Shown in pieces: positions 10,350 to 24,697 of a stretch of 64,000 nt of DNA. Origin of the DNA: Eledone cirrhosa (Eukaryota). The translations under genes and the position numbers were made by a program. Each line of letters begins with the position of its first letter. Position 1 is the first letter of the stretch. Under the pieces are notes generated by a model, which did not search any database, was not told the origin of the DNA, and saw nothing but the letters and a program-made list of their open reading frames with translations. The stretch is taken from contig OZ024740.1 of the NCBI GenBank assembly GCA_964016885.1, forward strand, positions 63,984,001 to 64,048,000. The letters are read 5' to 3'.

Positions 10350-13300
10350 CATTTTTGGGGCCCTTTCTGCCTGTGTGTTTGTTTGTTTATGTGTGTTCGT
10401 ATACAGCGTGGTGATAATGCCACACAAGGGCCAAGTGGGATGGCGGATCCACAGATGGCTATGTAAACATACATTCGCCAATCCTCGATAAGAGTGTTTA
10501 AATATCGAACATAAACAGTTCGAATAACGGTGAAATGGAGACTAGAACGTCATGTGACAGACTCTCACCCAACAGGTGCCCCCTGGCTCAGCAGCAGGAA
10601 CCTGACTGTCAACCAAATACTGCTGATGTTGGAGGAAGGAGAAGAAGGAAAGGGGCCAGAACCAACTGGACGAAAGAATTGAATAGAACTGTTATGCAAT
10701 GCTACCTGAAAAGTAACCCCAAAGAGAGGGGCTACAGGAGACGGATGCATAACATCTGGAACGAGATTGGTTTATTTAAATTAGATGAACAAAAATTGGC
10801 CGGGCAGGCTCGGGTAATAAGAACTAATGGGTGGATAAGCGAGCTGGAACTGGAGGAACTGAGCAGAGAGAATGGCTTGGAGATGGCGGGTGTAGTATGC
10901 CAGACAAGCGAGCCGGTGGGAAATGAAGGTGAGGAGGTCCTGAGAACGGAGGAACCACCCGAAGCAGACAATGATCTGAGTACTGAGATAAATAATAGCT
11001 GGAACAGAGATACGGCCACTGAGGAGATGAATGCTGACGGGCTAGGACAAGATTCGGTTGACATCCTAAATTTAGTGGTAGATGAATTGAACAATGATAG
11101 TGGGAGACCTATGAACCTAAGATTTGTAGACAGGAAAAAGTTAAAAGAAACAACAGCTAAGGTAAACAAAGTCATCCCATACCTTGAGGCGAGGAGCCTT
11201 CACCAGTGCAACAATATCCTCAGAGCAACAGCAAATACGGTGAGGAAACTACTTGGTATAAAAGCGAGAGGAAACAACAGACAAGAAAGAGCAGAGCCGT
11301 GGTGGAAGAAGCGACTGAGTGGGCAAATCGGGGAAATGAGAAATGACATAGGAAAGCTTGAGTCACTACTGAATGGGACACTAAAAAACATAGGCACTAA
11401 AAATAGACTGGAAATAAAATACAAAACTAGGAGCAAAAAGCTAAATATTATCATAGAGGAATTGAAGCAACGCATTGTAGCAAAGAGTGCAAAAATCAGG
11501 CGATACGAGAACAGAGTCAGTCAGTATAAACAGAACCGCATGTTCGACAACAACCAGAAATGCTGTTTGGACAGCTTGAGGGCAAAGAAAGAGGCAACGA
11601 CTTGATCCCTGGGGCGGAGCAAACTAAAACATTCTGGAGAGGAATATGGGAGCAGGATGTTAGACACAATGCCCAGGCAGGGTGGATTGAGACAGTACAG
11701 AGGGAGATCGGTGGGCAGGCACAGCAACAGACTGATTTGAGTATCACAGTTGAAACTCTTAAGGGGCAAGCCAAAAAACTAACCAACTGGAAATCACCAG
11801 GCCCAGATGGTGTGCAGGGGTATTGGATTAAACATCTAACATCCCTCCACCCGAAGCTGACGGCCATGTTCAATGACTGCTTGGTGTCGGGTGAGGTGCC
11901 AGAGTGGTTGACAAAAGGTACCACAGTTCTGATAATGAAAGACTGAATCAAGGGTAATGATGCTACCAACTATAGACCTATCACATGTCTGCCCGTAATG
12001 TGGAAACTGTTGACGAGCATTGTGTCTGAGGAAATCTACCATCACCTCCACACAAACAACTTGTTACCGGACGAACAGAAAGGATGCCGAAAGAAGTCAC
12101 GTGGTACAAAGGACCAGTTGCTTATTGATAAGATGGTAATGGGGAATTGCAGGAGGAGACACACTGATCTTGCCATGGGATGGATAGACTACAGAAAGGC
12201 ATTTGACATGGTGCCTCATTCCTGGATCACCAAAAGCCTGGAGATCTTCAGGGTGGCAGATAACATCAGACAGTTGCTAGGCAGGAGTATGGGGTCCTGG
12301 GAGACAGAGTTGACATCAACTGGAGTATCCTTGGGAAGCGTGAAGATCAAGAGAGGTATCTTCCAGGGAGATAGCCTGTCCCCTCTGTTGTTTGTCCTTG
12401 CCCTGATGCCCTTGACCATTATGCTGCGAAAAGTGAGAGCAGGATACAAGTTGGGAAGGGGAGAGCTTACCATCAATCACCTCCTCTTCATGGACGATCT
12501 TAAGCTCTTCGGGAAAAGTGAGAAGGAGTTGGATGTGCTTGTTGACACTGTCCATATTTTCAGCAGTGATATATGTATGCAGTTTGGTATTGGTAAATGT
12601 GGAGTCATTGTGATGAAGAGGGGTAGGTTGAGCAGAAGTAACGGGATCCAGATACCAACAGGTGAGATGATAAAGGAAATTGACTCTGAGGAAGGATACA
12701 AGTATTTGGGCGTTCTGGAGGCTGATGGCATAAAGAACAAAAAAATGAAGGAATTGTTAAGAACTGAATACATTCGGAGAGTAAGGAGCGTATTGAAGTC
12801 ACATCTGAACAGCAGAAATGCCATAAGCGCAGTAAATTCCCGAGCTGTGTCTATTATTAGGTACAGTGCGGGAATTCTGAGATGGAATGTTGCTGAACAG
12901 AAAGAAATGGATAGGAAGACTAGGAAGCTATTGACTATCTACAACATGTTCCACAAGAGGAGTGATGTCGATAGACTCTACCTAAGGAGATCTGAGGGTG
13001 GAAGAGGTCTTATCAGCATAGAGGACTGTGTTCAGATGGAGAAAAACAACCTATACAAATACGTGACCTATAGTAAGGAGCCAATGCTCAGAACTGTACT
13101 GAAGGAGGGGACAGTAGGCCAGGGGATGTCCAGGGAGGAAATAACATCAAGGAGGAAGAGCAGCCTTAAGGGAAAACCCCTTCATAGTACCTTCTTTGAG
13201 AAAACTGAATTTAGAGATCCACAGACATGGAACTGGTTGAGAAGAGGAGACCTCAAAAAGGCTACAGAAGGAATGCTAATGGCTGCGCAGGAGCAGGCCC

Positions 13301-13709
13301 TCAAAACGAAGTGGTTGAAGCACCATATCTACAAGGAGGAGGCTAGCCCACTGTGCAGGATCTGTGGAGAGAGAGAGGAGACTGTGGCTCACATTGTGTC
13401 CGAGTGTAAACACCTAGCCCAGACCCACTATAAGGGCTGGAGACACGATGTGATGGGCAGGGTGATCCACTGGCACCTATGCAAACTGGAACACAATAGA
13501 CCTGACCTGGTGGTTGTGGACAAAGAAAAAAGATCGTGCCTGATTGTGGATGTGGCCTGCCCGTTCGACACGAGAGTGCAAGAGAAGGAGAGGGAGAAAA
13601 TTAACCGATACCAGGACCTAAAGTGGGAGGTGAAAAGGATTTGGAACTGCCATGAAGTCAAAGTGATCCCGATTGTCATAGGCGCACTGGGGACTATCTC
13701 AAAAAGTTT
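10350..13709 (+). mobile_element. R4/Dong-clade non-LTR retrotransposon (single ORF, RT + restriction-like endonuclease), disrupted; 5' boundary approximate
   Basis: N-terminal WTKELN..GYRRRMHNIW. RT motifs [41 protein letters not shown] zinc motif, RHD and RPDL..DV RLE motifs. Frameshift near 11560, in-frame TGA at 11944. Confidence 0.9.
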
Positions 13710-13716
13710 AGCATGA
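11998..13716 (+). CDS. R4/Dong RT and RLE portion (carries a 111-nt in-frame deletion at 13485)
   Basis: 572-aa ORF with RT and RLE motifs; deletion inferred from alignment with 13804-14474. Confidence 0.88.
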   Translation: MWKLLTSIVSEEIYHHLHTNNLLPDEQKGCRKKSRGTKDQLLIDKMVMGNCRRRHTDLAMGWIDYRKAFDMVPHSWITKSLEIFRVADNIRQLLGRSMGSWETELTSTGVSLGSVKIKRGIFQGDSLSPLLFVLALMPLTIMLRKVRAGYKLGRGELTINHLLFMDDLKLFGKSEKELDVLVDTVHIFSSDICMQFGIGKCGVIVMKRGRLSRSNGIQIPTGEMIKEIDSEEGYKYLGVLEADGIKNKKMKELLRTEYIRRVRSVLKSHLNSRNAISAVNSRAVSIIRYSAGILRWNVAEQKEMDRKTRKLLTIYNMFHKRSDVDRLYLRRSEGGRGLISIEDCVQMEKNNLYKYVTYSKEPMLRTVLKEGTVGQGMSREEITSRRKSSLKGKPLHSTFFEKTEFRDPQTWNWLRRGDLKKATEGMLMAAQEQALKTKWLKHHIYKEEASPLCRICGEREETVAHIVSECKHLAQTHYKGWRHDVMGRVIHWHLCKLEHNRPDLVVVDKEKRSCLIVDVACPFDTRVQEKEREKINRYQDLKWEVKRIWNCHEVKVIPIVIGALGTISKSLA

Positions 13717-13803
13717 TTTCAGTGAATGGTATGGGTCACTACATATTTTAAAGGGGGCCCGGAAATTGAGCCTGCAGATTTATAAATTAACACTCCCCTA
13801 CAT

Positions 13804-14552
13804 AAAAAGGCTACAGAAGGAATGCTAATGGCTGCGCAAGAGCAGACCCTCAGAACGAAGTGGCTGAAACACCATATTTACAAGGAGGAGGCTAGCACAC
13901 TGTGTAGGATCTGTGGAGAGAGAGAGGAGACTGTGGCTCACATTGTATCCGAGTGTAAACACCTAGCCCAGACTCACTATAAAGACTGGAGACATGATGT
14001 GATGAGCAGGGTGATCCACTGGCACCTATGCAAAGTAAACAATTTACCACATTCTGAGAAGTGGTATGAGCATAAGCCAGAGTCGGTGATAGAAAACGAT
14101 CAGGTGAAGGTGCTATAGGATTTTAGGATACAGACGGACAAGAAACTGGAACAAAATAGGCCTGACCTGGTGGTTTTGGACAAGGATAAAGATCGTGCCT
14201 GATTATAGATGTAGCCTGCCTATTTGAAACGAGATTGCAAGAAAAGGAGAGGGAGAAAATTAACCGATACCAGCACTTAAAGTGGGAGGTAAAAAGGATT
14301 TGGAACTGCCATGAAGTCAAAGTGATCCCGATTGTCATAGGCGCACTAGGTACTATCTCAAAAAGTTTCCAGGGATGGTTAAAGAAAATTGGCCCCGCCA
14401 CGCTTTTTGGAACGCTTCAAAAGGCATGCTTGCTGGGAACAGCAAGAACCCTCCGATACGTCCTGAATATCTGAGGCTGCAGGTAGTGGCTTGATATTCA
14501 TTTCAACAAACTTTCCAGTTAACTAACATCAATGACTGAGACTCAAAGAACA
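13804..14552 (+). mobile_element. Second, 5'-truncated copy of the same Dong-family 3' end, followed by an (AAT)n tail
   Basis: Repeats 13255-13709 with substitutions, completes the ORF (LQKACLLGTARTLRYVL) and 3' UTR, then (AAT)n. Confidence 0.9.
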
Positions 14553-14554
14553 AC

Positions 14555-14644
<90 letters not shown>
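14555..14644. repeat. (AAT)n microsatellite
   Basis: Perfect run of about 30 units. Confidence 0.97.
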
Positions 14645-14742
14645 TGTTTCTACTTTAGGCACAAGGCCAGCAATTACCCAGTGCATTACTGGTACTTTAT
14701 TTTATCAACCCCGTAAGGATGAAAGGCAAAGTCAACCTCGGC
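14644..14742 (-). mobile_element. 3' part of tRNA-derived SINE family 1 (Octopus-type)
   Basis: Matches the copies at 24588-24697 and 46845-47212. Confidence 0.8.
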
Positions 14743-15143
14743 ATAATAATAATAGACAAGAATGTATCTATAAAAACATTTGAAAAATTGAGCAAGTATA
14801 AGGACCTGGAGATAGAAATTGGAAAAATGTGGAAATTGAGAACTAAAACAATACCAGTGCTTGTAGGCGCTCTAGGAATGATACCTAAGGGGTCTAATGA
14901 TTACTTATCGCAAATCCCAGGAAACCCGCGTATAGGAGAAATACAAAAGATAGTACTAATGGGAACTGTCCATATACTAAGGAAGATTATGTCAATATAA
15001 GTACCTCACAAGTCTAAACACCTAAAGATGCATGTGTGTGTATGTATGTTCTTTCTTGAACATGGCGGACCTTGTTGTTTCTTGAGGTCACTGGTTGTGA
15101 CTTGGTGATAACTCGTATGAACATAAAGCAAGATAAATGCAAC

Positions 15144-15183
<40 letters not shown>
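14743..15183 (+). mobile_element. 3' fragment of a different R4/Dong-family element with (AAT)n tail
   Basis: EKLSKYKDLEIEI..W...TIPVLVGALG..IQKIVLMGTVHILRK is homologous to the RLE C-terminus of the upstream Dong element; ends in (AAT)n. Confidence 0.82.
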
Positions 15184-15184
<1 letters not shown>

Positions 15185-15194
15185 TATATATATA

Positions 15195-16116
15195 TATAGA
15201 AAAGATGAAGTTGGAAATAACACGGGAGATATGTTTAAGGGTCTGTTTTTCTTTCTTGATTCGTCAAAGTGACATCATTGAAAAGATAGTGTTATTAAAA
15301 AGATAGAGGGACAATTCTTTTTTGAAAATCTTTTTATGAAGTATATAAACTGTATGAAAAAATAACCGGTTTCGATGTATTAAAATCCATCTTGTCAAAT
15401 TCAGTGAAAAAAGTTAATTAAAAAGGGAGTAAAAAAAGGGTTTAAACTTAAAATTAAAATCAAAAACGAATGTTTGAGCAAAATTCCTTCCTTCATGCCT
15501 TCTGAAAAGTTGGCATGGAATGAGGCCAAGTTGTTTTGTTTAATCTAGTGGTCAGTAGTTCAAAAGGGGGTAGGGGGTTGTAGGAGCTGACTACTGTTGT
15601 AGGAGCTCACTATTGTGGTAGGTTGGGATGTGTACATACCCCCCACACACAAGTGTACAGACATCTAAGTGTGTGCGTATATGTATGCATAAATATGTGT
15701 GCGTATATATGTGTGGGGTTGTTGTGTGTGTGTGTTTTTACAGTTTGTCTGTTAAAGTTACTTTTGTAAAGGGGAATTAAGAAAAAGTTCTTTTCTCTCC
15801 AAAATTCAGAAAATTGGCAAAAGTTAAGAGCTGAAATCCAAAGGATTCGCAGAATCCAAAAATTAAAAAATTAAAGAAGTTAAGAGAGTTAAAAAAGCTC
15901 TTCCAGAAAACTTCAAAAAATACCTTTCAAAAGGAGCCTTAAAAAAACTCTCTCCAAAAAATCATTCTTAAAGAGAAATTTTTAATAACACTATCTTTTT
16001 AATAATGTCACTATGCCGAATCAAAAAAGAAAAACAGACCCTTAAACATATCTTCCGTGCTATTTCCAACTTCACTTTTCTCTATACCCACTGTTTTGTA
16101 TAGAACCTCACTTCCC

Positions 16117-16125
<9 letters not shown>
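15195..16125. mobile_element. Fold-back element with ~105-bp imperfect inverted arms (15197-15300 / 15978-16085) and one-sided tail; probably Penelope terminal-repeat derived
   Basis: Visible inverted repeat flanked by (TA)n. Degenerate hammerhead-like core on the minus strand near 15365-15400 (TTGACAA GATG..CATC GAAAC). Confidence 0.55.
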
Positions 16126-16189
<64 letters not shown>

Positions 16190-16195
<6 letters not shown>

Positions 16196-16341
16196 TAAAA
16201 TAACAGATTAAAGTTTAAGCAAAGAATCGCTGCTTTCACCCTTAACGGGATCTTCTGAAACAAACAAAGTCAATCTGTAAATGCAGAACTGGATATTTCA
16301 AGCCCTCTTTGGATTTTAGTCTTCAATTTTATTATTATTAT

Positions 16342-16345
<4 letters not shown>
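16190..16345. mobile_element. Short rearranged copy of the 45050-45395 fold-back family, within (TA)n
   Basis: Shares ttaaaataacagattaaagtttaagcaaagaatc and gccctctttggattttagtcttcaa blocks with 45050-45395, in a different relative orientation. Confidence 0.75.
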
Positions 16346-16427
<82 letters not shown>

Positions 16428-17106
16428 CATTGTGTGTATCTATATTTGTGGATGTGTTTGTGTGTAGTGTATATTAAATTATATGCAGTCATTATATACG
16501 TGGATTGGTAAACTTTTCCTCTGGTTAAGACTGATTGGCTTCTTTTCGTAAATCTCAACCTATTTATAAATGTATATGTCTGTGTGTGAAAGCTTTCGTG
16601 TATTTTGCAGGTGTGGATACGTTGTTAAGGTCAGTGTCTGTACCTTTTCCGTCCTGGGAGCTTATAACCACTTCAAATCCCACTGTGATTTTCTAAACAC
16701 GTAATATTTATACGTATATGTATATATGTATGGCGCAAAATCAATTTTTTACATTCACATGACCTCTACCGACCAATCAAAATTGTTTTGACCACAAGAA
16801 TTTTTGCAACACCAAAGTAACGCTGGAGCCACTTTTTTAACATAAAAACAGGTAGAATTCCCAAAACTAATCAGATCAGAGCAAACAACACGGACACTCT
16901 ATCTCAAAATTATTTTTGAAAAGCATTTAGAAATGCGCAACCGGTAAAAACTTAAAAACTTAAAACCACAACTGAATACTAACCCATACAATTACTAATA
17001 CTCTTTTATTCCTAATTAAACAATTTTTCAACTGTGAACAATTTGTCAGCATTTTCTATTCCGTTTACCAATATATAATAACTTGTGTGTTACACCTCTA
17101 TTCTTT

Positions 17107-17200
<94 letters not shown>

Positions 17201-17264
17201 TTTAGCGAGGTTTTTTATATGAAATCGTGTGTCGAAACATACAACACAACAGGAGGAAAATATA

Positions 17265-17310
17265 ACACCACTGACGATGTTGCAGATGTGCAACGAAAGA
17301 TTTATGTAAA
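17265..17310 (+). ncRNA. Hammerhead-like core (weak stem I)
   Basis: CTGACGA-t-GTTGCA-gatg-TGCAAC-GAAA; stem I has only about 2 bp. Confidence 0.4.
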
Positions 17311-17512
17311 TTATGTAAACTATATATATGTGTTTGTGTCTATATTGTATCTGTATTATTTTTGACCGTCGGTCAGTCAATGGCAACATTGAGGACCGAG
17401 TAAGCTAGATTACAGATATAAAAGACAGCGAGAAGCGAAAACCAACCAAACAGTGAGTGTGTTCTGTTATTAATTCTGGCAATATTACACAAATATGACC
17501 CTCCCCAAGTAT

Positions 17513-18541
<1,029 letters not shown>

Positions 18542-18810
18542 GATAGTTAAAAATAACCATTAAATCTCCTTCATATCACACTCAACCTTCTTAAAGACGA
18601 ACCCATTTGATTGCGGGGTCCTCGATTCCTTGAACTCACATCTGCTGTATGCTGGACGACGACTGAGCTACAAATGCTCCAAAGCGAAGAAAAAAAACAA
18701 AAAAACATAATCGCTACTTAAATATATTTGTTAATTTAATAACCTGCTTCGAGGCTATTGTTGACAACGTAAGAAAACAAGGCTTAAGATGTTGTGGTGA
18801 AGTGAGAGAG

Positions 18811-18885
<75 letters not shown>

Positions 18886-19318
18886 AAGGGTCTGTATGAG
18901 ACAGTGGACTACATCTTAACTGCTCGGAAACTCTGTAACTCTCCTCTTTGACTATGGGAGTCGGCTGTTTATCACTAACACTCCCTCTGTCTTCGGAACG
19001 TAAGAACAAGCAGATGGCAGTTTGCTATGTTAAACTATCAGACATATTGACGACAAAAAATAACTGATTCACAATGGAAACTTATTTATGAGGCCACCAA
19101 AGGTCAGCTTTTTGGTGGCTGCTTGATAGTGTGAAAGAAACTCTATTGAGGAAAGTATGAAATTATTGGTATAGATGTGAGTTCGAGTCTCACAGATGAC
19201 GCTGTCGACTTTTTTCCATTTAGAGGCTTTTATGTCTAATTTGTTAGACTATTTTTCATAGTAAAAAAAACAAAACACGTGCGGTGAAGCTTCTAACTCT
19301 AACTTAATTATCAATAAA

Positions 19319-19402
<84 letters not shown>

Positions 19403-20004
19403 AACAATGAGTTAATTTTATAACAGATTTGAAGCACTCTACAATTTTTCTCTGGAGTATTATTAATATTAACAATATTAATAAATGGAAAATATCTTTA
19501 TAATACCATATTTATTGAAATCTAAACTATAATAAAGTAAAGAGTGGGGGACTGCGTACGGTTTATTTCTTTTAAGTAAAATAAGTTGGATTACTTTGAA
19601 TAAATAATGAATGAATATTACATAATTTATGTACTAAATTTCGTAACTGAATTTCGTAAATATAAATAATTTAAAATTGACTTATTTTCAAAGTTTCAAA
19701 TTTCTACACTTCCGGTATATCGTCGCCACCACCACCACCACATCAACTACCATATATATAGAAAGAGAGATGTTATTAGAGAGATAGAGTGATTATGATT
19801 TTCTACACGCTGACGCGTATGATTGTGTACGTACAGACATCTATATGTATGAGTATATAACTATTATGAGTATTTAACTATAATCGCGCAAACACAAACT
19901 TATAAAAATACACGCTCACGGACATACATTCAGATAAATACACATACTTTCACACACATACATTTACACAAACACACATTCACACATATACAAACACACA
20001 CATA

Positions 20005-21150
20005 CAGTCATGATAGCAGCATTCGGTGAATTGGAAATGGGAGTGTAAAACAAGTATAACGTTTTATTTGTTTATTAACAACACAGTTTAACTCTTTTTT
20101 TTAAAAACTCATTTGTATAAAAATTTAATATAATGCTTACAGAACGAAAAAACAAACAAATATAATATATACAAAGGAAAGGGAAACGAAAAAAAGAAAG
20201 AGAAAAAAAAATACACAGGCACGTAATGCACCCATCTAAGACCACATAGGCTGGATAATGTAGTTAGCTAACAGAACACGATAGCAAAAGAGTCACTAAC
20301 TGTGACGTCCCATTCACACAAATACACATACTTTCACACAAACACATACATACATTCACACAAACACACATATACATTTACACAAACGCACACATACAGT
20401 CATACAGTCATGATAGCGTTCGATGAATTGGAAATGGGAGGGTAAAGTACAACTTTTTATTTATTTATTAACAACACAGTTTAACTCTTTTTTTTTTTTA
20501 AAACTCATTTGTATAAAAATTTAATATAATGATTACAGAACAAAAACAATAACAAATATAATATATACAAAGGAAAGGGAAAGGAAAAAAAGAAAGAGAA
20601 AAAATACACAAGCACGTAATACCCACATCTTAGACCACACAGAACAATATGCAGGCGAAAGAGTGGTAAAAAGAGACGCAACCAGAGCAAAAGATAGCAA
20701 TATAACGAGGAGCACTGGGAAACCTCTCTAATAATTTTTGAAGCAAGTCAGCACGCTCGCAGCATTACCTGGGATGATGGTGAGGCTGAGGTGCTGGAAC
20801 AACCAAGTGCCCTCACGAGTATCACCAGTTACCTCTGTTTGTCGAGCTGCCAGTGAAGATAAGAACCTCGCTGTCAGTAGCCCGACTACCCCAAATGTCT
20901 CAAACGCCACAGGCTGGATGATGTAATTAGCTGACAGAACACTGTATTTTAGGATTTTGTTCCGTTCAGCTGCGGATGCTGTAGCTCTCGCCCTTACCGC
21001 TGCATTTAAGATGTGGGAAGAAGCAAAAGAGTAACTAACTTTGACGTGCCTCTTGGCCAGGAGCACAAAGTAAGACCGTCAACAAATTCTGAACAACCCA
21101 GACGGTTCCAAAATTGAGGGATGTTTGTCCGGGCCAAAGCTCTTGAGTGA
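20005..21150 (-). mobile_element. CRE-clade non-LTR 3' remnant (RLE C-terminus + 3' UTR), with an internally deleted tandem duplicate at 20005-20310
   Basis: AAERNKILKY..QPVAFETFG..TGDTREGTWLFQHLSLTI..GNAASVL. 20005-20310 repeats 20406-20640 plus pieces of 20910-21050. Confidence 0.72.
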
Positions 21151-21319
21151 TAATAGGACAGTGTGTATGTGCGCGCGCGAGTTTGTCGGTGTTCTTAAAT
21201 TAGAGACATGTGTGTGTCACGGTTTTTAAGTTAGAGACATATATATGTGTGTCCCTTCCCTTCCTTTTACACACATATACATTCACACAAACACACATAC
21301 ATATTGTGTGATGGATGGG

Positions 21320-22000
21320 TGGACAGAAGTTCCTCAAATTTATATACATGTGAATGGAGTGCTACTGAAGAAGTTAGAGAAGTTCAAGTATCTTGGAGCC
21401 GTGTTCATGAGTGATGGAATGCAGGAGGCTGAATTAAGTGCAAGAATTTCAAAAGCTGATGCAGTAATGCGCCAGCCTCAGCATTCAGCAATCAGAAGAA
21501 GCGGGGTAGGTGTAAAAGCCAAACTCGCTGTCTTCGTGGTATTCCTGCCAACTCTTACCGAGGATCATGAATCTTGAGTAATGACCAAAAGAATACATTT
21601 GCAAATAAATAAAAGTGGCAGTAATGGGATTCCTCCGAAGGGTCTCTGGAGTAACGTTACTCGATAGAGTGCATAGCTCAGAGATCAGAGAGTCACTCCT
21701 GGTAGAGCCGCTACTTCTTCGAATTGAGAGATCACAACTTCGATATTATGAGCATGTGGTTAGAATGTCTCAGTAAAGAATCGTTGGACACATTTTACAG
21801 GCAAAACCAACCGGCAAGAGACCCAGAAGTAGACCCTGAGCAAGATAGTTGGATAACATCCATGAGCTTAGCTGGTCACGCTTTGGGATCCAGCTGGATC
21901 AGTTAGAGATGTTTGCTTCTGACAGACTCGCTTGAAGGAGTGTTTGAGAAGGACTCTGCCCCAATGACCCTCTCAGAAATAAGTGGGTGAAGAAGATGTG
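21320..22000 (+). mobile_element. Decayed RTE-type LINE 3' fragment
   Basis: EKFKYLG..ELSARISKA..LPTLT..ES, then RSQLR..HVVRM and KRPRSRP in shifted frames. Confidence 0.8.
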
Positions 22001-22170
22001 GTCAATTTACTTTTCAATTTACATATATATAATTGCGTTTAATACCAATATGCACACTACATATGCTAGCAGAGCGGTTTTTCTGCTAGTACGTATAATA
22101 AAATAAATATGGTATTATAAAGATATTTTCAATTTATTAATATTATTAATATATATATATATATAAGTAT

Positions 22171-22514
22171 GATATTAACAAATGGAAACTATATTTATAA
22201 AACCATATTTATTTCATTATACATATTTCAAGGACACCAAGTTAAATTATGGTGTGCTTTCATCAGATAAAATATAATATAGAGCAGTTTTATAAATAAA
22301 TATTGACATACCCTTAAAGAATGCAACCATTACTGTTAGAATCTTACAACAGTAATGGTTGCATTCTTTAAGGGTATGTCAATATTTATTTATAAAACTG
22401 CTCTATATTATATTTTATCTGATGAAAGCACACCATAATTTAACTTGGTATCCTTGAAATATGTATAATGAAATAAATATGGTTTTATAAATATAGTTTC
22501 CATTTGTTAATATC
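22171..22514. mobile_element. Near-perfect palindrome (167-bp arms, 10-nt loop) with a hammerhead on each arm
   Basis: 22171-22337 is the reverse complement of 22348-22514, with one mismatch seen. Confidence 0.9.
22403..22482 (+). ncRNA. Type I hammerhead ribozyme (mirror copy on the minus strand at ~22203-22282)
   Basis: Stem I TATTTTAT/ATGAAATA plus CTATATT/AATATGG. CTGATGA at 22419. Stem II AAGCACACCA/TGGTATCCTT. GAAA at 22456. AUA site at 22465-22467. Confidence 0.78.
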
Positions 22515-23499
22515 GTTTTTACTCCAATTATTTGTTGAGTGCTTTATATCAGTTATAAAAATATTTGCTTGTTGTATCCTAACAATTTAAATAGAACTTT
22601 TAGATATATATAAATATGTGTATTTTGTATATCTAATGATATACGGTATGTTTACGAATATATATTTATATATGATCTATTTTTAGAAGCCAATATAGAA
22701 TACTCATTTGGATGGAAGAAATTAAAGATAGCCGGTTCCTACACACCAGGAACAAAAATATAATTTGTTTCGCTGAATGTTTATATATCTTAAAATGAAC
22801 ATTCTCAACAGAAAATCGGAGGTTCTTTCTACCTGCCCACATAAAAGCTCTAAATCTTTCTATTATACTAAATAAAAAAACAAACAAAAACAAAAACAAA
22901 AACAAACTTATCTATCCAAACCTTTACTAGTAAGTAATACATAAGAGAAATACACACTTCTATTGATATTTTAGGTAAACATGAGTGTAGACTTCAGAGT
23001 AAGTGTAGATTTCATGCATGTATGTAAATCTGTGCAGAAGTGTATATTTATGGTTTTTGCACATGTGTGTGTGTGTATGGGTTTAGATGAATTACATTAC
23101 ACTTTACTTATTTATATTTTCATATGTATATCTGTATATATGTATCTATATATGTATGCATATATATTTATATGTATAGATATATATGCACATTTCAATA
23201 ATATATATGTGAAGGTAGGTGTATGAATCAGTTATATGGATATGTTTATATCCTCTTGTATATATATATATATATTTTAAATATATTCTTTCTTTATGTA
23301 TATTATATATATTTATGTGAGGTTTCATATACATATATACTTATAATAGAAAAGTTCCAAATACTTCCACAGATAACGTGAAAACCTAACTCCTAAATGA
23401 TATACTAAGAATCATTATATGTTTGTCTAATGTTTGATGTTCATTCTGATTTCCTCTATAGACGCATTAATATAAATATAAATTTAATTAAATATACAC

Positions 23500-23900
23500 T
23501 AGTCTTTCATAAATATTTCTTAAGTAACAAGTATAAAAGAATATATGGAATTTTCTTAAGATAATCGATACACACAGTAATGATATTTAAATAAGTAACC
23601 GTAAATTAACTGGCACTGGTAAATAACGATATTTTGACACATTAATATTGATTTAACTGAATTATGTACCAAATCATAACAAACCCTTGTTTTTCGTAAA
23701 AGTTTTCTTTAAAAATTATAAATATAAAACAATATATTGATGTGTATAAAAATACTTGATAAACACCGTAAAATATTTAGATAAGTAACCGTAAATAATC
23801 TAACACCGGTAAATAACACTTTTTCGAAATGAATTTCGATAAACATATTTGAAATGAGCCAACTCTATAGAATAAAGTTTTCTTTAGAAACTGATTAGAA
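23500..23900. repeat. Diverged ~190-bp tandem duplication
   Basis: ataagtaaccgtaaat..cac(t/c)ggtaaataac recurs at ~23590 and ~23780. Confidence 0.55.
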
Positions 23901-24587
23901 AAATAATATGTAAATGTTTACATATCCTTTGAAGAATAAATATCTCTGTAAAACAATTTTTGCCGCATTACTTAAACTTATTTCGCATTTACATGAGATC
24001 TTTGACTAACGAAATTCTTCTAAACATTTAAAATCTGTCTATGATAAATAAATAAACGCACTGCCACATTTCCTTAAAAAAACCATTTAACAGATTAAAC
24101 ATATTTTAAATAGCTGGTTGTGTATTTTGAGGGCCAAGGGAGAGCTGGATGCGGTACACAATTGGGTATTTTAATTTAAAGTCACTTTCAATATTTACTC
24201 CCAATCTGTTGCTCAGCTTAACCCCACCACCAGACAATTGGGTGCCTTTAGCAGAGTCCATTTTGTTGTAAGCATTCAGGCGAGGTTTTCCGGTTTAAGG
24301 ATAATTTTCTCGGTGCATTTCAATAATTAAGGTTTTCATGAATATGTGCATGGGCATTGCTTTTCTTTTCCAGAATAAACAATGAAAATGTGTTAAGCAA
24401 TCATTCGACACTTTAAATTGTTTTTGCGATGTCTTTCTTCGATAAAAAGAGATTTTGAAGGTATTCTCTTCAAGAATAAAACTGTTTTATCAAAACTAAA
24501 TATTTTTTTGTCTTCCTTTATATTTTCCACAACACGAGGATACTTTCCTGTTGAATTTTTGTCTGCAATTCAAACATTATTTATTTC

Positions 24588-24697
24588 CCGTCGAGGTTAA
24601 CTTTGCCTTTCATCCTTACGGGGTCGATGAAATAAAGTACCAGTAATGTACTGGTTAATTGCTGGCCTTGTGCCAAAAGTAGAGACAATTATTTATT
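24588..24697 (+). mobile_element. SINE family 1, 3' part
   Basis: gaggttaactttgcctttcatcc..gtaccagtaat..aattgctggccttgtgccaaaagtag; same family as 14644 and 46845. Confidence 0.8.

Noticed and set aside
10350-10475. Possible HDV-like ribozyme at the Dong 5' end (GGCCCTT/AAGGGCC 7-bp helix)
   Set aside because: I could not find the L3 UCC motif, the P1.1 GG or a proper J4/2; only a plain stem is supported.
14719-15000. 93-aa ORF starting MKGKVNLG
   Set aside because: The start comes from an antisense SINE fused by chance to a Dong 3' fragment.
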